The notes below the pieces were generated by a model, which saw only the letters and a list, made by a program, of their open reading frames with translations, was not told the DNA's origin and ran no database searches. The translations under genes and the position numbers were made by a program. Shown one piece after another: positions 1 through 10,100 of a stretch of 64,000 bases of DNA. The DNA is taken from sequence record PV231354.1; one strand, written 5' to 3'. The stretch's first letter is position 1. Each line of letters begins with the position of its first letter.

Positions 1-3000
1 AGGCTGCGCGCGGACGCGCGACCTTCGGCCAGCGCCAGCCCTTCACCGGCAACTCCACCTTCGACGCGCGCCCGGCCGCGCGCGGTAACATGCTGGGCGG
101 CCTGATGGGCGCGGCAAGCGCCGGCGCTGCCACGGCGGCGACCACCGCGTTCAGCGGCCTGCGTAAGGTCATCAACCTCCTGCCCGGCGTTGCGCTGACG
201 GCGGCCGTTGCCCTGGCGATCTTCGGCAACAGCATGACCAAGCTGAACGACAAGGCCGTCTCCTACAACAACATCGCCGCCGGCGCCCTGGGCACGGCAG
301 GCGATCAGGTTGGCATGGGCCTGACCGGGCTGTTCAACGGCATCCGGGGCCTGCTGGGCGCCCAGCAGAAGGCCGCCGGCACCGGCGACTGGCTGGTCGA
401 CATCTCCGCCTCGCTGATCGTCTTCGGCAAGACCATCTTCACCCTGGCCTCGACCCTGGGCAAAATCCTCGGCACGATGATGTCCAACATCATCATCCCC
501 TGGATCGACCTGGGTCAGAAGCTGTCCTCGGGCGACCTGAAGGGCGCTGCGGCGGCCTCGGGTGAAATCCTGCTGGGTCAGTTCGGCAAGGAGAGCCGCA
601 AGCGCTGGGGTGACCTGGGCAAGGAACTGGGTCAGGACTGGGGCAAGGCCCTGGACTACGCGGGCACGCGCAAGTCGATCGTCGACGGCGCCCTGAAGTC
701 GGCCGCCGGCGACACGGCCGCCACGCAAGGCGCCAACGCCGCCCAGAAGATGACGGAAGCGGCCCTCGCCCAGATGAAGGCCGCCGACGATCAGGCCCTG
801 GCTGCGGCTGACCTGAAGGACGCCACGGCGAACTTCAAGAAGGACCTCGCGCCGCTCAACTTCAACGACCTCTTCAAGCGCGCCCAGGCCCTGGCCGACG
901 GCACCTTCCAGCGCACGGCCGCCGCCTCCAAGCCGGGCAGCGCGCTGATGGCTCCGTCGCCGGCGCAGACCCAGGCCAATGCCGCTGCCGTCAAGGCGAC
1001 CATCGCCTCGATGGGCGATCGCGTGTACGCGACGGCTGGCCAGCACATGGGGCAGACCGCCGCCAAGGACGGCGCCTCGCTGCAAGCCTACTTCAAGGCC
1101 AACGGCGTCACCATCGACCCCAAGAAGTTGTCCTGGTGCGCGGCCTTCGTCAACGCGGTCCTGGCTCAAAACGGTCTCTCGGGCACGGGCTCGCTCGCGG
1201 CGTCGTCGTTCAAGGACTACGGCTCGGAAGTCAGCCGCGCCGACGCCAAGAAGGGCGACATCGTCGTCCTCAAGCCGCAGGACAAGCTCAAGCGCACGAC
1301 GGGTCACGTCGGCTTCCTGGACGGCTTCAACAGCGACGGCAGCGTCCGCCTGCTGGGCGGTAACCAGGGCGGCGGCGTCAAGGTCTCGAACTTCAAGGCC
1401 GATCAGGTCGTCTCCTTCCGCCGCACCGGCACGGGCGGTGCTTCGGGCGCTGATCCCAGCTTCCTGGGCGGCGCGATCAAGGACGGCCAGGGCGAAGAGG
1501 GAGGCTCGCGCTACGAGCGCCGCATGAACGCCTTCAAGGCCCTGGGCACCATCACCGGCCAGTCTTCGCCGGCCGCCGACGCCTTGTCCGACTACCAGGG
1601 CAACCTCGAAAAGCTGCGCGACATCATCGTCTCGGAAGAGAAGTTGATGACCGACGTCGGCTCCGACGGGCAGTCGTTCTTTAACAAGACCAACCTCGAA
1701 GCCCTGGCGGCCACCCAGAAGAAGTGGAACCGCTCGATCGTCGAGGCGCTGAACCCGATCGCCAAGGAAGCGCGTCTGCTGTCGGAAGGCAATGACGTGC
1801 TGGAACTGCGCGCCAAGGGCCTGTCGCAGGAGGCCGACTGGCAAGAGCGCCTGACCAACATGCGCAACGACGGCCTGAACGTCGACCTGATGCAGGACGA
1901 GGCCAAGTGGACCCAGTACCTGAACGAGTTGAAGAAGCAGGGCCTGGAGATCGACGTCAAGGCGCTGATGATGAAGCCGGACGAACTGCGCTACCAGCAG
2001 GGCCGTCAGGAAGCGCTCCAGGCTGAACTCGACCTGACCAAGGCGCTGAACGACGCCAAGCAGGCGCAGATCGCGCGCACCGGCTCCAGCTACGACCGCA
2101 CCCTGTCGGGCCTGATCGCGGGCAAGGGCAAGGAAGGCGAGAGCCTGACCCAGACCCAAGACCGTCTCGCCGGCTCGGTGGGTCCCAACGGCCGCAACGC
2201 CCTGGAGGCTCTGCAAGAGACCGCCGGGGTGATGGAAAGCTCGCGCTTGGCCGACGCCAAGGCCAGCATGCAGTCCCAGCTTCAGATCATGCGCGAGAGC
2301 GCACGCCTGAACAACAGCCAGCGCGGCGTCTACGAGGACTACCGCAACATCCTGGGCGAACTGCTCAACAAGCAGGGCGCCTCGCTGAAGGAACTGCTCG
2401 ACTCGGCTGACGAGCAGACCAAGCAGCTTGCCCAGTCGTTCGTCAAGGCCAAGCAGGACTTCGAGAACCCGCCGGGCTTCCAGAAGTGGGCTGACGCCCT
2501 GGAGCCGCTGGACAAGCGCCTCCAGGACATCAAGTCGCAGTTCATGGATGACCTGGGCGGCGGCATCACCGACGCGCTGCTCGGCGAAGACGTCGACTGG
2601 CGTGAGATGCTGCACAACACCTTCAAGAAGCAGCTTCGCGCCCAGGTCGACGAAGGGCTCAAGAACGTCACCTACTGGCTGACCGGTCAGGACCCCAACG
2701 CCCAGGCCGCCGCCAAGACGCCGGAAGCCCAGGCCCTGGTCTCGGCCGCCGACGTCCAGAAGCAGGCTGGCGACACCCTCCAGCAGGCCGCCAACAGCCT
2801 GCTCCAGGTCGCTCAAGGCGGAACGCCCGGCGCGCCGGGCATGATGCCGGGCGCTCCGGGAACCTTGCCCAACAGCGCGACCTCGGCCGTCCAGCCGGGC
2901 ATGACCCCGCTGCAAGGCCTCGCCGCCCAGGGCATCAACAGCGCCGTCCAGGGCGTCGGTTCGCTCATCGGCGGCGATCCCACCCAGCACACCGGCGCGC

Positions 3001-4403
3001 GCAGCTTCGGACAACGCGTGGGCGGCATCCTGTCGAGCGTCGGCAGCATGTTCGGCTTCGGCGGCGGGCGCCCCACGGCGATCGCGCCGGGCGGCCTGGG
3101 CGCGATCGGCGAGACCAAGACCTCGGGTGGCCTGTTTGGCGCCCTGGCGGCCATGAACGGCGTCACGGGCTTCCAGAAGACCTCGACCATGGTCGGGGGC
3201 ACGTCCTCGGCCGGCGGCTCGACCGCGATCTCCGACGCCCTGACCATGGGCGGTGATCTGTCGCGCAACGCCGGCATGACCAACGCCATGCAGATCGGTA
3301 GCGCCACCATCTCGATCGGCAGCGCCACGATCAACGGCGGCGGCATGGGTGGCGGGGGTGGTGGAGCCCCCGGTGGCGCGCCGGGCGCTGGCGGCATGGG
3401 GGCCATGGGTGGCGGCGGCCTGGGTGGTCTGCTCGGCAACCTCAACACCAACACCGTGGGCGTCGGCGACAACATGCTGAGCCCGTTCACCATGGACGGC
3501 TCGGGTGGTCCCGGCTTCATGCCGGCTGGCTCGGGCCTGATGAACCTGTTTGGTGGTGGGGGCGGCGGCTTCGGTGGTGGCGCTGACCTCTCGGGCCTGA
3601 CCAACAACGCCGTCGGCCTGCCCGACATGCTGAGCGCGTTCACCATGGACGGCTCGGGCGGTCCGGGCTTCCAGGCGGCGGGCTCGGCCCTGCAAGGCCT
3701 CAACATCACCCCGTTTGGCGGTGGCGGCGGGCTGGCCGGAATGTTCTCGTCGTTCGGCCCGATGCTGCAAGGCGCCATGTCGTTCGCCGGTCCGCTGATC
3801 GGCGCGCTGATGACGGGCAAGAAGGGCGGCCCCAAGCCGCCGCCGACCTATCGCACGCCCAACGGCGTCTTCGGTCAGGCCAGCCAGAACACCGTCACCG
3901 GCCGCCTGCTCGGTCCGCGCAAGAACGTCTTCGGCGAGATCGCCAACCTCGCCATGCAGTTCTTCACCGGCGGCATGGGCGGCGGCGGTCCGATGAACAT
4001 GATGAGCATGTTCGGCGGTGGCGGCGGTCCGATGAGCATGATGGGCTTCAAGGAGGGTGGTCTGACCGGCGCGCCGGTCAACAGCTACGCCGTCTCCTCG
4101 CTCGGCTCGATGTTCGCCAACGCCCCGCACTACGCCGAGGGCACGCAGAACACCAAGCTGGCCAACGGCGGCATGCCGGCCATCGTCCATCCGGACGAAG
4201 CCGTGATCCCGCTGTCGCGTGGCCGGAACATCCCGGTCGAACTGAACGGCAACGGCGGCGGTCATTCGACCACGGTCGTCTCGCCGATCACCGTCTACGC
4301 CAACGACGTCGACAGCTTCCGCCCGGCCCAGAACCAGATCGCCCGCAAGCAGAACCGCACCCTGCGCCGCGCGGCGCTCCGGAACGCCCAGGGCGTCGGC
4401 TAA
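1..4403 (+). CDS. Tail tape measure protein, C-terminal part (5' end lies before the window), with an embedded CHAP/NlpC-like cysteine peptidase domain
   Basis: Frame is open from the window start; long Ala/Gly-rich helical sequence directly upstream of the tail-tip module; internal SWCAAFVNAVL...GHVGF...LLGGNQ motif (TIGR02594-like); ends with the typical tape-measure C-terminal HPDEAVIPL motif. Confidence 0.88.
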   Translation, partial: AARGRATFGQRQPFTGNSTFDARPAARGNMLGGLMGAASAGAATAATTAFSGLRKVINLLPGVALTAAVALAIFGNSMTKLNDKAVSYNNIAAGALGTAGDQVGMGLTGLFNGIRGLLGAQQKAAGTGDWLVDISASLIVFGKTIFTLASTLGKILGTMMSNIIIPWIDLGQKLSSGDLKGAAAASGEILLGQFGKESRKRWGDLGKELGQDWGKALDYAGTRKSIVDGALKSAAGDTAATQGANAAQKMTEAALAQMKAADDQALAAADLKDATANFKKDLAPLNFNDLFKRAQALADGTFQRTAAASKPGSALMAPSPAQTQANAAAVKATIASMGDRVYATAGQHMGQTAAKDGASLQAYFKANGVTIDPKKLSWCAAFVNAVLAQNGLSGTGSLAASSFKDYGSEVSRADAKKGDIVVLKPQDKLKRTTGHVGFLDGFNSDGSVRLLGGNQGGGVKVSNFKADQVVSFRRTGTGGASGADPSFLGGAIKDGQGEEGGSRYERRMNAFKALGTITGQSSPAADALSDYQGNLEKLRDIIVSEEKLMTDVGSDGQSFFNKTNLEALAATQKKWNRSIVEALNPIAKEARLLSEGNDVLELRAKGLSQEADWQERLTNMRNDGLNVDLMQDEAKWTQYLNELKKQGLEIDVKALMMKPDELRYQQGRQEALQAELDLTKALNDAKQAQIARTGSSYDRTLSGLIAGKGKEGESLTQTQDRLAGSVGPNGRNALEALQETAGVMESSRLADAKASMQSQLQIMRESARLNNSQRGVYEDYRNILGELLNKQGASLKELLDSADEQTKQLAQSFVKAKQDFENPPGFQKWADALEPLDKRLQDIKSQFMDDLGGGITDALLGEDVDWREMLHNTFKKQLRAQVDEGLKNVTYWLTGQDPNAQAAAKTPEAQALVSAADVQKQAGDTLQQAANSLLQVAQGGTPGAPGMMPGAPGTLPNSATSAVQPGMTPLQGLAAQGINSAVQGVGSLIGGDPTQHTGARSFGQRVGGILSSVGSMFGFGGGRPTAIAPGGLGAIGETKTSGGLFGALAAMNGVTGFQKTSTMVGGTSSAGGSTAISDALTMGGDLSRNAGMTNAMQIGSATISIGSATINGGGMGGGGGGAPGGAPGAGGMGAMGGGGLGGLLGNLNTNTVGVGDNMLSPFTMDGSGGPGFMPAGSGLMNLFGGGGGGFGGGADLSGLTNNAVGLPDMLSAFTMDGSGGPGFQAAGSALQGLNITPFGGGGGLAGMFSSFGPMLQGAMSFAGPLIGALMTGKKGGPKPPPTYRTPNGVFGQASQNTVTGRLLGPRKNVFGEIANLAMQFFTGGMGGGGPMNMMSMFGGGGGPMSMMGFKEGGLTGAPVNSYAVSSLGSMFANAPHYAEGTQNTKLANGGMPAIVHPDEAVIPLSRGRNIPVELNGNGGGHSTTVVSPITVYANDVDSFRPAQNQIARKQNRTLRRAALRNAQGVG

Positions 4404-4420
4404 GTCACCACGCACGACTG

Positions 4421-4481
4421 TCGTGAATCTTGACGTCCCTGGATGAACGTGGCATCCAGGGACACTCCCATTCATGGTTAA
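4421..4481 (+). promoter_or_regulatory. Phage promoter element TCGTGAATCTTGAC followed by an 11-bp inverted repeat and an ATGGTTAA half-site
   Basis: Motif at 4421-4434; GTCCCTGGATG/CATCCAGGGAC at 4435-4445/4453-4463; ATGGTTAA at 4474-4481, just before the ATG at 4488. Confidence 0.65.
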
Positions 4482-4487
4482 TCCCCG

Positions 4488-5144
4488 ATGCCGAGCTATC
4501 CGTTCCACGACGTCCTGTTCCCCGAGACCATCAGCTACGGCTCCTCGGGCGGCCCGAAGTTCAAGACCACGATCTTCCAGGCCGATAGCGGCTTCGAGCA
4601 GCGCAACAAGGACTGGAGCGACGTGCGGCACGAGTACGACGTCGCCCAGTCGATCCGCTCGACCGAGGACATGGCCGAGCTTCGCGCCTTCTTCATGGCC
4701 CGCAACGGCCGCGCCCACGGCTTCCGCTACAAGGACTGGGGCGACTTCCAACTCAAGAACCAGTTGATCGGTGTCGGCGACGGCCTGACCAAGGCCTTCC
4801 AGATCGTCAAGACCTACACCAGCATCGGTCAGGGCGGGACCGAGTTCACCTACACCCGTAATATCCGCAAGCCCAAGTGGGACTCGATCGCGGGTGTCAA
4901 GGTCGGTCCCGTGGTCCAGGTCGCCCCGACCAACTACGAGGTCGACTACGCCACCGGCATCATGACCTTCGTGGTCGCCCCGCCGGCCGACGCCCCGGTC
5001 ACCATCGGCCTGGGCGAGTTCCACGTCCCCGTCCGCTTCGACACCGACTTCATGGATGTCACCCAGGAATTCTGGATGCGCGAGACGTGGCCCAACATCC
5101 CGATCATCGAAATCCGTGACTGGCAAGAGGTCACCACGCCGTGA
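4488..5144 (+). CDS. GTA-like distal tail protein (DUF2460/TIGR02217 family)
   Basis: FHDVLFP...SGFEQRN...FFMARNGRAHGFRYKDWGDF...FHVPVRFDTD signature. Confidence 0.9.
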   Translation: MPSYPFHDVLFPETISYGSSGGPKFKTTIFQADSGFEQRNKDWSDVRHEYDVAQSIRSTEDMAELRAFFMARNGRAHGFRYKDWGDFQLKNQLIGVGDGLTKAFQIVKTYTSIGQGGTEFTYTRNIRKPKWDSIAGVKVGPVVQVAPTNYEVDYATGIMTFVVAPPADAPVTIGLGEFHVPVRFDTDFMDVTQEFWMRETWPNIPIIEIRDWQEVTTP

Positions 5145-6766
5145 AGGACGTTCCTGAGCAACTGATGCAGCACCTCCAGCAGGAGGTGACGACGCTGGCG
5201 ACGGTGATCACGGTCGTGCGTCAGGACGGCAAGGCCTTCTTCATGACCGATCATGACCGGCCGATCAAGTTCGAGAACCAGACCTTCGTCCCCTACGACT
5301 CCTACCAGCGCACCGCGATCCTGATGTCGTCGGAACTGGAAGTCGACACCGCCGACATCACCGCCTTCCTGACCTCGGACGGCGTGACGCGCGATGACGT
5401 GGCCTCGGGCCTGTTCGACTACGCCGCCATCAAGGTCCAGTTGATCAACTACGAAAACCCCGAGTACGGCGCGATCCTGTTGCGCAAGGGCACCTTCGGC
5501 GAAGTGGTCATGAATCAGGACGAGACCTTCTCGGCCGAAATCCGGGGCATGACCCAGGTCCTGACCTATCGCGTCGGCGAGTCCTACGCGCCCGAGTGCC
5601 GGGCCGACCTGGGCGACAAGCGCTGCAAGATCGGCCTTATGCCGCAGGAGTGGCAGGGCAACAAGTATTATCCGACCAGCACCTGCGTGCTGGGCGAGGT
5701 TGACCCGGCCAACTCCTTCGTCAATCTCGACGTCATCAACTGGAGCTTTGAGGCCGGCGACCTCAACACCGTCGTCACCGCGCCGGCCGGCTGGGTGGCC
5801 TACGGCGATCCGACCAGCCGCTGGGTCTACAAGCACGACTGGTACAACCTCTCCCGGCCGCAACTGGGCGACAAGTTCATCGCCGCGACCCGCACGTCGA
5901 TCGACGACAAGCAGGAGATCGCCGGCATCTTCCAGGACATCAGCCTCGTGTCGGCCGGCGTCTCCGAAGCCGACCTCGACACCGGCCTCTGCCGCGTGCG
6001 CTACAAGTCGTTCGTCGCCTGCCTCAATAACCGCGCCCAGTCGCGCGAGCGCCTGACCTGCATCAAGGCCGACGGCTCGGTCGAAACGATCTGGGACACC
6101 GGAGAGAAGAAGTACCCCGAGGATCGCTGGGTCGCGGTCAATGCCGACGACGTCCTGATCCCGTCCGGCACCCGCGTCCTGCGCATCGACCTGTGGTCCA
6201 AGAAGCGCAACGTCCACGAGGAGGGCGTGGCCTACGACGGCATCAAGGCCTCGATCAACCTCCCGGACGGCACGGCCGGCAACGCCGACGTCTACGGCGG
6301 GGTGATGTTCAAGTGCATCCAGGCCGGCGTGAGCGGCGATACCCCGCCGGTGTGGACCAACGAGATCGGAGCCACCTTCAACGACGGCACCGTGATCTGG
6401 CAGTGCGTCACCAACTACAAGCGGGTGGGCACGGTTGACACCGTCGACTCCAACAAGTCGTTCACCCCCGACGGGGTTGGCGAGCAGGGCGGCTTCTACG
6501 ACGGCGGCGTCCTCTACTGGGAGACGGGCCGCAACGCCGGCCGCGCTCAGGAGATCAAGTTCTGGTCGAGTGGGGTGTTCACCCTGTTCCAGCGGACCTA
6601 CTACCCGATCGAGCCGGGTGACCGCTTCGTCTGCTACCCAGGCTGCGACAAGCGCCGCACCACCTGCGCCGACAAGTTCAACAACATCCTCAACTTCCGC
6701 GCCGAGCCCGACGTGCCTGGCCAGGACATCTACTACCGCACGCCCAACGCGCCGGAGCAGGAATGA
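5141..6766 (+). CDS. GTA-like baseplate hub protein (DUF2163/BR0599 family) with an internal inserted domain
   Basis: N-terminal TTLATVITVVRQDG...FMTDHDR, CRADLGDKRC, C-terminal GCDKRRTTCADKFNNILNFRAEP; overlaps the upstream gene (GTGA). Confidence 0.88.
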   Translation: MKDVPEQLMQHLQQEVTTLATVITVVRQDGKAFFMTDHDRPIKFENQTFVPYDSYQRTAILMSSELEVDTADITAFLTSDGVTRDDVASGLFDYAAIKVQLINYENPEYGAILLRKGTFGEVVMNQDETFSAEIRGMTQVLTYRVGESYAPECRADLGDKRCKIGLMPQEWQGNKYYPTSTCVLGEVDPANSFVNLDVINWSFEAGDLNTVVTAPAGWVAYGDPTSRWVYKHDWYNLSRPQLGDKFIAATRTSIDDKQEIAGIFQDISLVSAGVSEADLDTGLCRVRYKSFVACLNNRAQSRERLTCIKADGSVETIWDTGEKKYPEDRWVAVNADDVLIPSGTRVLRIDLWSKKRNVHEEGVAYDGIKASINLPDGTAGNADVYGGVMFKCIQAGVSGDTPPVWTNEIGATFNDGTVIWQCVTNYKRVGTVDTVDSNKSFTPDGVGEQGGFYDGGVLYWETGRNAGRAQEIKFWSSGVFTLFQRTYYPIEPGDRFVCYPGCDKRRTTCADKFNNILNFRAEPDVPGQDIYYRTPNAPEQE

Positions 6767-7188
6767 CCCGCGACGACATCGTGACCGAAGCGCGCCGCTA
6801 TGTCGCGCTCCAGACCCCCTGGCGCCACCGGGGCCGCACCGAGCGCGGCCTCGACTGCATCGGGCTGGCCGTGATGATCTTCGAGAAGTTCAACCTGGAG
6901 TACATGGACCAGGACGGCTATGCCCGCTCGCCCGACGGCGAGAAGTTCGTCGACGTCATCAAGCAGCACATGACGATCGCCAACCCCACCGACCTCAAGC
7001 CCGGCATGCTGCTGCTGTTCAACGACGACACCCGACCCTGCCATGTCGGCATCCTGGCGCTCCAGCACGGACGCCTGTCCCTGATCCACGCGACCGCCGA
7101 CAAGAAGCGGACGGTCGAAGAACCCTATGATCGTCGGTATTCCGCCCGCTTCCGGATGGCGTTCGATTTCCCCGGCGTTGAGGACTAA
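6763..7188 (+). CDS. Tail-associated NlpC/P60 peptidase (TIGR02219-like)
   Basis: TPWRHRGR...GLDCIGL...HVGIL...LIHA catalytic Cys/His motifs; conserved position in GTA-like tail modules. Confidence 0.9.
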   Translation: MTRDDIVTEARRYVALQTPWRHRGRTERGLDCIGLAVMIFEKFNLEYMDQDGYARSPDGEKFVDVIKQHMTIANPTDLKPGMLLLFNDDTRPCHVGILALQHGRLSLIHATADKKRTVEEPYDRRYSARFRMAFDFPGVED

Positions 7189-7190
7189 GC

Positions 7191-10100
7191 ATGGGCGCAG
7201 CGATTGCTCTTCCGATTATCTCGGCTATCGTCAGCACGGCGATCAGCTACGTGTTCCCCGACGAGGGGCCGCGCCTGCGCGACGCCAAGGTCTCGGCCTC
7301 GACCTACGGCAACGTGATCCCGGAGATTTATGGTACCGCCCGCGTGGGCGGCAACATGATCTGGTCCAAGCCCTTCACCGAGAAGAAGAAGAAAAAGCGC
7401 GCCGGCAAAGGCGGCTCCTACTACAACCAGTACACGTATTTCTGCGACTTCGCCATGGGGTTCTGTAAGGGGCCGGTGAAGGAAATTCGCCGCATCTGGG
7501 CCGACGGCAAGGTGATCTACGACACCACCGGCGGCTCGGAGGTGGTCGACAACAACAAGTACCGCTTCCGCTTCTACCCCGGCGACGAAGAGCAGCTTCC
7601 TGACAGCATCGTCTCGGAGGACAAGGGTCTCGACTACGCCCCGGCCTACCGGGGCCTCTGCTATGTCGTGTTCGACGACTTCGCCCTGGCCGACTTCGGC
7701 AACCGCATCCCCCAGATCATGGCCGAGGTCTATGCCGGCGACGAAGGCGGTGCGGCGATCACCGACGTCACGCCGCTCTCGGGCGACGTCTCGCCCTCGC
7801 CGCCGTCCGGCAGCTATCAACTCGATCAGGCGATCATCGACACCGACCGGGGCTACTTCTACCTCGTCGACGGCTTGGCTGACCCGCGCGGCGGCGTGCT
7901 GCGCCGCTTCAAGCTGTCCGACGGCTTCGAAGATCGCCGCGAGGTGGTGCTCGTGCCACCGACCACGCCGCCGTCGGTCTATGACAGCGCCGGCCTGACC
8001 TCCGTTCGCGGCCTGACCTCGAAGGGTGAACTCCTCTGCGTGTTCGGCGGGGTCAACAACTACATGCGGATCGAGAAGCTCGATCCCTATTCCTGGGCCT
8101 CGCTCGGCACGCTGGGTCGCAGCTTCCCGTTCGAGAACGAAAGCCGCCCCGACTGGAGTCTGGAGTTCTCCAACACCAACTTCAAGACCGGCCGCGACGA
8201 CAAGGGCAACTACTATACCCTGACCCTGGGCGTGTTCGGTGAGTACAACATCTTCGACCCGACCTCGATGTCGTACCTGTCCAAGGGGCACATGGCGGGC
8301 TGGAACGGCCCCGGCACGCCGATGCAGATCACCGCTCGCCAGGGCGGCCCCGCGAGCGCCCGGCGCTTCTACCACGTCACCTACAATGGCGGCCCGACCC
8401 TGTCGGTGTGCAGTCTGGGCGAGACGCTCTACAACCACCCCATGCCGCATCCGGGCGCGGCCGGCGCGACCGGCTGGTGCTTCTGGGACGAGGGCGACCC
8501 CGGCGTCGTCTTCTTCTTCACGGACGGCAACCAGGACCGCTATCTCGCCAAGTGGTCGGAAACCACCGGCGCCCTGGTCTGGCAGACCAAGCTCTCCGAC
8601 ACGCCCTACTGCGGCTACCCGGTCTGGGGCATGGAAGCGCGGATCAAGGACAACGAGCTTCACTGGGTCTACGATCAGCGCCTGTTCTCGATCAACACCG
8701 CGACGGGCAAGTGGATCGACCGGACCTTCGACCAGGACTTCTACAAGACCGACAACGACAAGACGGCCGATCAGGTCAACGACGGCGAGAAGGGCCTGGA
8801 GCTTCCGCGCGAGATTAACGACGACTACGTCATCTATGACCCGCGCCGCAACATCGTCATCGGCCTGGGATCGCCGCAGGTCCAGAACGGCATCGTCCAC
8901 GTCGGGGCCTATACCGGCCAGCGGACCAATGTCGGGCGCATCGTCGAGCAGCTTCTGACCACCACCGGTCAGATGACCTCGAACGACTTCGACCTGACGC
9001 CGCTCTACGAAATCCCGGTGCGCGGCTACGGCTACGCGACCTCGACCGACGTCAAGTCGATCATCTCTGAGTTGCGTAACCTCTTCATGTTCGACCTCGT
9101 GGAGAGCGACGGCAAGCTCTTCGCCCGCGTGCGCGGCGACCAGACGGCCGACGTCGAAATCCCCTGGCAGATGCTGGGCTCCCAGAGCGGTCCCAGCGAC
9201 GACAAGGCCGACTACTGGAAGGAGACGCGGATGTCGGAGTCCGATCTCCCCTCGGCGATCGACCTGACTTACATGAACATCGACGACGACTATAACCCGT
9301 CGACGGCCAAGTCCAAGCGCATCTCGGCCCCGGTCGCCACCATGCTGTCGCGCCAGCAGGTCAAGACCGAGTGCAACCTCGTCATGGACGCGACCGAGGC
9401 GAAGAACCGCGTCAACGTCATGCTCTACACCCAGTGGGACGAGCGCACCCAGCACAACACGGCCCTGCCCTGGCGCTATGCCTACCTCGACGCCTCGGAC
9501 CTGATCTCGGTAACGATGGAGGACGGCCGCAACTACTTCGACCGGATCGGCTCGATCGAGTTCGGCGCTGACTTCTCCTCGCGCCTGGAGACCTACGGGA
9601 CCGACAGCGGGGCCTATCTCTCCGACAAGGTCGGTGAGGGCGGTGGCGCCGGGCGTCCGACCGTGGTCAACGCGCCCAAGCCCGTCGTGGGCTTCATCAT
9701 GAACACCCCGCTCCTGCGCGACACCCACGACAGCGGCGGCAACTACTCCAACTGGTACAGCGCCATCGGCGCCGGCGCGCCCGGCAAGTTCTTTGGCGGC
9801 ACGATGTACAAGTCCGCCAACAGCCAGGACTACGTCGACCTCTACCAGGAGACCGAGAGCGCTGAATGGGGCACGGTGGTGGGTGTCGTGCCGCCGGCGT
9901 CGCACGGCTGGTTCGCGCTCGACTGGGAGACCAAGATCACCATCATCCCGGCGGTCGAGTTCTTCGAATTGGAATCGATCACCGACGACGAACTCTGGGA
10001 AGGCCAGAACGCCGTCATCGTCGGCGACGAAATCATGCAGTTCCGGGACGCGGTCGAGAACGCCGATGGCTCCTGGACGATCTGGAACCTGCTGCGCGGC

